The notes beneath the pieces were generated by a model that saw nothing but the letters and a program-made list of their open reading frames with translations, was not told the DNA's origin and did no database searches. Both the position numbers and the translations under genes were made by a program. A stretch of 35,370 nucleotides of DNA from a virus (lineage: Duplodnaviria > Heunggongvirae > Uroviricota > Caudoviricetes), in IMG/VR virus record IMGVR_UViG_2778261448_000004, positions 1-35,370 of that record; one strand, 5' to 3'. This document shows positions 26,811 to 35,370 of the stretch, one piece after another. How positions within the stretch are numbered: the first letter of the stretch is position 1; every line of letters begins with the position of its first letter.

Positions 26811-29800
26811 GTGGCAATCTTTGACATTGAAAAGGACGAATTACTTCGGCTCTCCGATATCCAGCTGGAAGAGCTGATCGCTCGGCTAGCAGAAGCTGAA
26901 GTGGCAATGCACGGCCATAGCCCAGCATGTGTAAATTGGTCTGGTTCAATTACAGCCCCTGACGGAGGAATTGACATCCATGTTCAGGTTCCAATTGATC
27001 AACTGAAAGCAGGCTTTCTTGTAAGACCTGATACGGTCTTTCAGGCAAAGAAACATAAGATGCCTAAGTCTGCAATTGAGAGGGAAATTGGCACCGGCAA
27101 AGCACTTTCTCCCATCATTTCTGAACAAGCCAGAAAGCAAGGCAGTTACATCATTGTCAGCCTGGGTGATGATTGCTCGCCGTCAGGAAAGAAGGATCGT
27201 CTCAAAGCGATGAGGGATGCAGTAAAAGATGATCCTAACGAAAGTTATCTTCATCTTGATTTCTACGACCGCTCCAAACTCATCCAATGGTTGCGCCAAC
27301 ATCCATCAGTCATGCTGTGGGTAAAAGCAAAGCTTGGGCAAGGGTATTCCGGTTGGCAACCCTACGGAGCCTGGAGCAATCCACCACAAGGTGTTATAGA
27401 CACTTTAATCTCAGCCCCAGGCGTAACCATTACTTTACCATCGGGAAAGGGGCAAAAACTCAAAATTGATGAAGCAATTAACCCAATGCGAGCACTGATC
27501 CGTTCGACAAACAAGGCTGTTCGTATTACAGGATTGTCTGGTGTTGGGAAGACTCGAATCGTTCAGGCGCTCTTTGATGAAACTGTTGGAACAGATGCGC
27601 TTGACCGAACAGTAGCTATTTATGTTGATACTGGCTATGAGCCAGTACCGTCGGCTACAGCAATGCTTGATAACCTGCTCGCTGAAGGCCGGCGAGCAAT
27701 TATGATCCTTGATAATTGCCCATCAGAACTCCATGCTTCGCTTGCCAGCAAAGTATCAGCCGCAGGGAAAGAAGTAAGTCTCATCACGATCGAGTACGAC
27801 ATTAGGGATGACAAACCACAGACAACTGAGGTCATCCACATTGAGACAGATGGTCCAGACGTGGCAGAGCAACTTCTTATCCGTCGCTTCCCTTCTATTG
27901 GTCAGAATAATGCCCGTCGGATTGCAGAGTTCGCAGATGGGAATGCAAGAGTGGCTTTGGCTATAGCGGAAAGAGTGGAAGAAGGTGAGAGTTTAGCCCT
28001 ACTTTCAGATGCGCAGTTGTTTAATCGCTTGTTTGAACAACGTAATCATCCCGACGGCCATTTACGGGAGCAAGCTGAAATATTGTCACTGGTGTATTCG
28101 TTCTCGATATCTAGTCCAGATGCAGCTACCGATGAACTGGAAATATTGGGTGTGCTCTCTGGGTATCCCAAAATCCAGTTATTCAAAGCTGTTACGAAGT
28201 TGATGGAACGTCACATTGTTCAGAAAAGATCCCACTGGAGAGCCATCCTTCCCCATGCCATTGCTAACAAGTTGGCAGCATCTGCACTTAATAGTATTCC
28301 GATTGATCAACTTAGAACGACCTTTGAAGCTCCGGATCGGCAACGATTATTGATGTCGTTCGCGCACAGGTTGGGACTATTGCATAGCCATGCTGTGGCT
28401 AAAGAGATTGTTGAAGCTTGGTTACAGCCCGAAGGGCTGCTTGGAAAAATAATAGACCTAGATGATGTATCGACACGCATTCTAAATTATATCGCTCCAG
28501 TTGCCCCAGGAGCTTTGCTTGAGAGGATTGAAGAAACGCTTGTTACGTCTAATTTTGAGCATTTTAAATCACGCTACAACCCACAACGAACAGCAATTAT
28601 CAAATTGTTGCAGTTACTTGCATATGAATCGAAATACTTTGAACGATGCATTAAGCTCTTAATCCGTATCGCAGACCAGGAAAGCGCGAGCAATAATTAT
28701 GATTCGGCTCGAAATAAGATAAAGAGGTTTTTCCAACCTTATCTATCCGGTACCCATGCCTCTTTAGAACAACGTGTTGCGATCATGAATGAATGCATTG
28801 ATTCAAGTATGGCCGAACGTAGAAGGATGGGGATCGAAATGCTTGAAACTGCTCTCGGCGGACCTCCGTGGACAGGATTCGGAATTAATGAGTTTGGTGC
28901 TAGGCCAAGAGATTATGGATTTCGACCCAGTTACGATGAACTTGTTGCGTGGCTATTCGCCTTCATCGATATTTTGGTGAGATTAGGAACCTCAGGAGTG
29001 CCCGAGCTTGAAGATGATGCCAGGCGGATCTTGGCTGATAAATTTCGCTGGATTTGGCGTCATGGAGGAATAAGGTCAAAATTAATTGATGCGGCTCGTA
29101 AGTTACATGCCCATCGCCCTTGGGGTGAAGGCTGGAAAGCTGTCCGCTCAACAATCTACTTTTTCCATACAAAAAGAAAAGATAACGAAGACGTAGAACC
29201 ATTGCCGGAAATACTTGTGACATTGGAACGAGAATTAGAACCTAAAGACTTGGTTTCGGCAATCATGGTTTATGTACTCAGTAATAGGCGCGATTTTTGG
29301 GCTCTAGATGCTGATTATGAGCACCAAGGAACTAATAAATTCAGTGAAATCAGGAAAATACTTTGTGCCAAAGCTTTCAAGTTGGGGCACGAATTTGCAG
29401 TATCTTCCCATGGACTTGATGAGTTGTGCCCTAATCTTTTTTTGCGGGATGGAATGCCGTATCGCGTCGAATTTGGTAAAGGCTTAGCTAACGGGGCTCC
29501 TGACCTACGAATTTATTGGCAACAACTAGTCATTCAATTGGATCTACAACACAAATCTCAACGTGATGTTTCGGTCATTCGAGGTTTCATTGAAGAGACT
29601 CATTCTATCGATTCAGCATTAGCGCAGGAACTGCTCGATCAGTGTGCACAACATTCCGAACTTCGATTCGAATTAGTCAACCTTCATCCTTGGCAGGAGT
29701 TTACTGAAATCGATCTGGATCGTTGCATGTCGCTTCTGGATGACTCTGACATACAGCCCCATATGTATGGGGCAATTCTGTGGGGTGAGCAATTCTCTAA

Positions 29801-30662
29801 TTTGCCAGAAAGCAGGGTCCTCGAGCTAGCTCAAAGGCTGCTGAGTAAACCGAATGGTGATGAAGTAGTATTGGAAGCACTGAGTATGAAACTAGCTGAT
29901 AAAGGAGATGCTACGGATACACTAGGTCTTGCGCTACGAACAATCGGAATATCCGCTGCAATCCAGAGGTTCCAAAGAGATCACAACGATCTCGGCGGAT
30001 ATCTGGATTATGCAATGGAACGTGTTATCGATGCCACATTGCGCTTCGATGGCAACGAGGCTGAAAAGCTAGAATGGCTGAATACAATCTTCGCTGTTGT
30101 TGATGAGCATTTTGGCTACATTTATTCTTTCGAAGACGCTATCGGTATCACCGCTGCATGGATGCCAAAAGAATTTCTCAGTCGCATTTTTGATGGTACG
30201 GAGGATCAACAACAGAGGCGGCTGCATTTCATCAATCATGATGATTCACATCAGTCTCCTATTGCGAAAATCGATGTAGATATTTTGATTGAATGGTGCA
30301 GGACCACTAAAGACCCTCAGGTTTGGGCTTCAGTCGCTTCAGGTATTAATCTATGGTCAAAAGACGGGGAGCAAAGTCCTATTTGCTTGCAGGATGATGC
30401 TCTGAGATTTCTAGAAGCCTCACCCGAGCCACGAGCCGTCCTTGAGATCTTTGCCGAACACGTAGCACCTTCATCATGGTTCGGTAGTCGTGCGAACGTG
30501 ATGCAACCTAGGGTTGAAGCGATAGGCCAGTTGGTCACCCACGAGCGTGCAGACATTTCTAAGTCGGCTAGAGCTGTTTATGAAAAACTGACTGACTGGG
30601 TTGAAAAGGAAAAAGAACGTGAGCGATTGGAAGATGAGGCATTGGAACAACGGTTTGAATAA
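26811..30662 (+). CDS. giant STAND-like NTPase (1283 aa) with N-terminal Mrr-like nuclease motif (Avs-like candidate)
   Basis: N-terminal APDGGIDIHVQ ... FQAKKH resembles the Mrr-type PD-(D/E)xK catalytic motif; Walker A ITGLSGVGKTRIV; Walker B AIMILDNC; ~900-aa helical C-terminal region. Track start is a GTG, so the true start is uncertain. Confidence 0.8.
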   Translation: MAIFDIEKDELLRLSDIQLEELIARLAEAEVAMHGHSPACVNWSGSITAPDGGIDIHVQVPIDQLKAGFLVRPDTVFQAKKHKMPKSAIEREIGTGKALSPIISEQARKQGSYIIVSLGDDCSPSGKKDRLKAMRDAVKDDPNESYLHLDFYDRSKLIQWLRQHPSVMLWVKAKLGQGYSGWQPYGAWSNPPQGVIDTLISAPGVTITLPSGKGQKLKIDEAINPMRALIRSTNKAVRITGLSGVGKTRIVQALFDETVGTDALDRTVAIYVDTGYEPVPSATAMLDNLLAEGRRAIMILDNCPSELHASLASKVSAAGKEVSLITIEYDIRDDKPQTTEVIHIETDGPDVAEQLLIRRFPSIGQNNARRIAEFADGNARVALAIAERVEEGESLALLSDAQLFNRLFEQRNHPDGHLREQAEILSLVYSFSISSPDAATDELEILGVLSGYPKIQLFKAVTKLMERHIVQKRSHWRAILPHAIANKLAASALNSIPIDQLRTTFEAPDRQRLLMSFAHRLGLLHSHAVAKEIVEAWLQPEGLLGKIIDLDDVSTRILNYIAPVAPGALLERIEETLVTSNFEHFKSRYNPQRTAIIKLLQLLAYESKYFERCIKLLIRIADQESASNNYDSARNKIKRFFQPYLSGTHASLEQRVAIMNECIDSSMAERRRMGIEMLETALGGPPWTGFGINEFGARPRDYGFRPSYDELVAWLFAFIDILVRLGTSGVPELEDDARRILADKFRWIWRHGGIRSKLIDAARKLHAHRPWGEGWKAVRSTIYFFHTKRKDNEDVEPLPEILVTLERELEPKDLVSAIMVYVLSNRRDFWALDADYEHQGTNKFSEIRKILCAKAFKLGHEFAVSSHGLDELCPNLFLRDGMPYRVEFGKGLANGAPDLRIYWQQLVIQLDLQHKSQRDVSVIRGFIEETHSIDSALAQELLDQCAQHSELRFELVNLHPWQEFTEIDLDRCMSLLDDSDIQPHMYGAILWGEQFSNLPESRVLELAQRLLSKPNGDEVVLEALSMKLADKGDATDTLGLALRTIGISAAIQRFQRDHNDLGGYLDYAMERVIDATLRFDGNEAEKLEWLNTIFAVVDEHFGYIYSFEDAIGITAAWMPKEFLSRIFDGTEDQQQRRLHFINHDDSHQSPIAKIDVDILIEWCRTTKDPQVWASVASGINLWSKDGEQSPICLQDDALRFLEASPEPRAVLEIFAEHVAPSSWFGSRANVMQPRVEAIGQLVTHERADISKSARAVYEKLTDWVEKEKERERLEDEALEQRFE

Positions 30663-30707
30663 AGGCTAGTTGCCGTCTTCACAGGAATTCTGTTTAAAGG
30701 AGAAATC

Positions 30708-31454
30708 ATGGAATCTGCACGTAATAAATATACCAGTGAGATTATTGAGGCAGAAGATCTTTGGTTACTTGATGTTGTAGATACGAACGGTTACGTATGC
30801 TGGGGATGTGGGATTGAGATGTATCCTTCCGCTTGGCAAAAAGGAAGTAAGAAAAGACCGTCGTTTAATAAAATGCCTGGAAAAGAGCATATTAACTGTG
30901 ATGCAGATGCTGAAAGCACAGTGGTTAAGCAGGGACAGAAAAAAAGCGTCCGCAACATGCTAGACAGCGCACCGGGTTTGATGCCCGCAGGGTTAAAATT
31001 GATTGAACAACGACCCGTTGTTGATCCTGGCACTACTGGTAGCGACAACAACACCAATCCAATACGTTCTACATCGTCAGCATCCAGCGGGGGAAATGCT
31101 CCAGCGCGGCAATCCCGCCGCCCGGTTAATGCTATTCGCCAGATTTGTAGGGCATTTATTCGCTTCCCGTATGACCGTGGTATGTCATTAAATATCCCAG
31201 GTATTGATGCCGATACTTACATGACCGTGTTTAAAAAACTAAAAGACCCGGTTCAACCCTACCCTGAGCGCCGAGTTTTTTATTCGCAGTTGTTATGGCA
31301 GAAATTTGAGCAAGACGAAAACCGAATTGTCATTCCGCTCTCGGGAGAATGGGCAAAAGACGAATCTGGTAAGTTTAAGCCCTCGCGTAGCTATAAACTA
31401 CACATTGAGTGGGGAGACTGGTCAAAAGCCAAAAAAGACTATGCTTTTGAATGA
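30708..31454 (+). CDS. hypothetical protein (248 aa) co-transcribed downstream of the STAND gene
   Basis: ATG 30708 with AGGAG RBS 46 bp after the STAND stop; Cys cluster YVCWGCG ... HINCD (possible zinc ribbon); Ser/Gly/Thr-rich linker. Confidence 0.7.
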   Translation: MESARNKYTSEIIEAEDLWLLDVVDTNGYVCWGCGIEMYPSAWQKGSKKRPSFNKMPGKEHINCDADAESTVVKQGQKKSVRNMLDSAPGLMPAGLKLIEQRPVVDPGTTGSDNNTNPIRSTSSASSGGNAPARQSRRPVNAIRQICRAFIRFPYDRGMSLNIPGIDADTYMTVFKKLKDPVQPYPERRVFYSQLLWQKFEQDENRIVIPLSGEWAKDESGKFKPSRSYKLHIEWGDWSKAKKDYAFE

Positions 31455-31621
31455 GCTTGAAACTGTGCAGGAAGAAGCAAAAGAAGCAGTAAATAAAAAA
31501 GCTAAAGAGAGAGCTCAAGTCTTCTTTATCGGTGAACAAAGCACTGAGAATCCGGAAATCTTCTACGTGAGTGATTACCGGTTAATCTGTGCGATTATGG
31601 GATATATAATTTACCCCTGAC

Positions 31622-31658
31622 GTAAATGGGCCTTCTTGCAAAATGCAGGCCCATTTAC
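31622..31658. terminator. 11-bp perfect inverted repeat (candidate bidirectional terminator or binding site)
   Basis: GTAAATGGGCC - 15-nt loop - GGCCCATTTAC between the convergent 248-aa and 293-aa genes; flanking sequence AT-rich but without a clean T-run. Confidence 0.4.
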
Positions 31659-31887
31659 ATAATTATTTTCGACTACCACTAAGGCTACTTCAAACCTATA
31701 AATTTCATTCAATTTCTCGTGTAGACACAATTACAACAGTCATCATAACAATAGTCATATTAACAATGATTGGTTTTCCAATAGATTTATGTGGGGTATT
31801 TTCATAGCGATGTAATTTCAAACCCATCAAGACTGATCGTATAGTAGCCCTCCTGATAGACATAAAAATATCAAAACCATAATAATA

Positions 31888-32769
31888 TTAATTGTTAGTA
31901 TTGTTCTTTAGGACTTTATCAATCTCTACTTTTAGATCACCTGTAGACCATTTATTAAGTCTGCGGCGGATAGTTTCCTCTCTATCGCCTGTATCATTTA
32001 TCCATTTATCTGGATTGACCTTTTTATCATTATTACAAATATAGGGCATTAAATATTCAAGAAGTTGACGTTTATTTTTCCAGTCGCTATGTGAAGGAAT
32101 ATCTTCAAGTAAGATAACAACTGTATCTTTAATATATTCAAGTTCTGCAAGTTTATTTTTCCCTCCAGCGCTTGAGCGCGCTCTTCTGCATACTTTATCA
32201 AAACCACTTCTTAATCGATAAAAACTCGGTAAGTCTCGGTTATCATCTCGCGAAATACAGACATTCATATAAGAATAAGCATCAAGAAGAAACTTACAAC
32301 TTTCTTTTTTATTGCCCAATGAATATTGGAACTGCGCCCAGTAAAAATCTTCTAAAGCCATAGATAGATATATATATTCATAATGTGCATCATATAGTCT
32401 TGCTAATCCTGTCAGTTTATACCCGTCCATTTTTCCTCGAATTTCAATCCGATATTCTGCATATGTTTCCTTATAAATAAAAGGTTTCTCAACCATTATT
32501 CCATCAACATTTATAAACTCTTGTGAGTAGCGTATATTGTCGCTATTAGTCATATCTACAAAATATTGACATTGTATTTTTGAATACTCAATAATTTTAA
32601 ATTCTTCAATTTTATCATAGGCTCTTTGCCTGTAAGTGCGCAGAACATCCTGGTTGCTCTCCTTTTTTTCGACTTCAAGTTTCCATTCCAGCTCAAGAAG
32701 TTTGTCCTCACAAGCGGTACAAACTTGCAGATAGAAATCATCAAAAAAATTCGCACTCACATCCTTCAT
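31888..32769 (-). CDS. hypothetical protein (293 aa), AT-rich orphan gene
   Basis: Very low-GC ORF with Lys/Asn/Tyr-rich composition; divergent from alpA; no recognisable motif. Confidence 0.7.
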   Translation of the reverse strand: MKDVSANFFDDFYLQVCTACEDKLLELEWKLEVEKKESNQDVLRTYRQRAYDKIEEFKIIEYSKIQCQYFVDMTNSDNIRYSQEFINVDGIMVEKPFIYKETYAEYRIEIRGKMDGYKLTGLARLYDAHYEYIYLSMALEDFYWAQFQYSLGNKKESCKFLLDAYSYMNVCISRDDNRDLPSFYRLRSGFDKVCRRARSSAGGKNKLAELEYIKDTVVILLEDIPSHSDWKNKRQLLEYLMPYICNNDKKVNPDKWINDTGDREETIRRRLNKWSTGDLKVEIDKVLKNNTNN

Positions 32770-32882
32770 GAAAAGTAAATCCCTAAAGTGATTTTATTTT
32801 AATGTTACTTCCAGTGTATGACAGCCCCAGCGTGGTTGGCAATATGGACCCACCTGAACAAACTCATACTAAGGAAGCCTAG

Positions 32883-33122
32883 ATGTTACAGAACCCTCCC
32901 TCCTTACATACATCCAGTTACGCAAATATTCCTGATTCACCGAGGATCTTGAGGCTAAAAGATGTCATGAAAAAAATGGGAATTTCACGCTCAACCATAT
33001 ACGACTGGCTTAATCCAAAATCGCCACGCTACGATGGAACATTTCCAAAACAAAAACGCTTGGGAAGGCAATCCGTTGGCTGGCTGGAGTCAGAACTGAA
33101 TGAATGGGTAATGCGACGTTAG
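32883..33122 (+). CDS. alpA: AlpA-family phage transcriptional regulator
   Basis: 79 aa; RILRLKDVMKKMGISRSTIYDWLNPKSPRYDGTFPKQKRLGRQSVGWLESELNEWV matches the AlpA HTH signature (TIYDWLNPKSPRYD). Confidence 0.8.
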   Translation: MLQNPPSLHTSSYANIPDSPRILRLKDVMKKMGISRSTIYDWLNPKSPRYDGTFPKQKRLGRQSVGWLESELNEWVMRR

Positions 33123-33287
33123 ATATCATTTCACCGTATCAGTGAACCGGGGCAATGCCCCCGGTTTGCTCCACAAAATCACATTCCTCCCCGGAATTCG
33201 AATGCAAAAAAAAACAGACCTGTATTACCGCAATGAATACATTGCAGCGAAGTTGCTGTATCGAATTTTTTTCATTCCGGAGGCTAC

Positions 33288-34821
<1,534 letters not shown>

Positions 34822-34829
34822 CCACTACA

Positions 34830-35270
34830 GTGTGAATTACCACCCTTAATTGTCGTTCCATTGCTGATACCACCTGTATAAACGTCCTGATTGCCACTGT
34901 CGATTATCGTACCGGTGGAAATGCCCCCGTCATGAATTGTCTGTCTTCCTCCGTTAATGGTTGTATTATTAGCCTGCCCCACAAAATTGTTATGACTTCC
35001 TACATCTTGATATCCACCCGATTCAATAAGACTTCCATTAGATACCCCGCCATGAACATTCTGCTGGCCATGGTTGATAATATGAGTGTTATTTGTTGTA
35101 CCTCGTTCATCTACTCTTTGGCTGCCATCTACAGTCTCATCGTTTACCACACCAATAACATCAGGAGTGAAGGCCGTCATCCCAGGCGGGGCATATATCA
35201 AGGCAGATATCAATAAGGAAAGTACTGAGCGGCGACAATAATGGGGACTGGTCCTGTTCATAAATTTCAT
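34830..35270 (-). pseudogene. autotransporter adhesin gene, 5' fragment (signal peptide plus first passenger repeats), truncated by the IS
   Basis: MKFMNRTSPHYCRRSVLSLLISALIYAPPG signal-peptide-like N-terminus followed by Gly/Asn/Thr-rich beta-helix-type repeats; frame runs into the IS right end at 34829. Confidence 0.6.
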
Positions 35271-35370
35271 CCTCTGAAAAGTGAATACTGAGTTGATCTT
35301 ACCCAGCAATAGTGGACACGCGGCTAAGTGAGTAAACTCTCAGTCAGAGGTGACTCACATGACAAAAACA

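Noticed and set aside
31306-31620. 104-aa ORF overlapping the 3' end of the 248-aa gene
   Set aside because: The first 45 codons overlap the upstream gene in another frame; only a possible 59-codon C-terminal portion starting at ATG 31441 could be real, and it lacks a clear RBS. Left as uncertain.

Overview
The window reads as two mobile elements integrated in tandem at the 3' end of ssrA (tmRNA), followed by an IS3-family insertion. (1) Positions 1-20980 are the right arm of a lambdoid prophage, with its lambda-like backbone on the minus strand: terminase large (partial) and small subunits, a lambda-like cos site, a P21-type lysis cassette (pinholin S, SAR endolysin R, Rz/Rz1), an N6/N4 DNA methyltransferase, antiterminator Q, DUF968, KilA-N, RusA, a LexA-DBD-only protein, a Dam-like methyltransferase, an iteron-containing replication initiator, three unknown early genes and a cro-like gene. 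On the plus strand are a CI-like S24 repressor, a strong promoter with a ~590-nt highly structured leader, a yfdP/Q/R-like block, xis and int. Low-GC cargo sits at two places: an antisense two-gene cassette (342-aa soluble protein plus 4-TM membrane protein) between Q and the late genes, and an AbiL/PARIS-like ATPase plus RloB/TOPRIM pair between int and the att core. (2) Positions 20981-21011 are a 31-nt duplicate of the ssrA 3' end, followed by a P4/CP4-57-type integrase island (21217 onward) whose cargo is a divergent pair of giant genes (1248 aa unknown; 1283 aa with Mrr-like nuclease motif, P-loop and long helical region, i.e. STAND/Avs-like) with a 248-aa partner, an AT-rich 293-aa orphan gene and alpA. 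(3) An IS911-like IS3-family element (33572-34829) truncates a YfjP-family GTPase gene on one side and an autotransporter gene on the other. No rRNA, intact tRNA/tmRNA or CRISPR array was seen. All calls rest on reading the translations and motifs by eye; no database search or folding was run.
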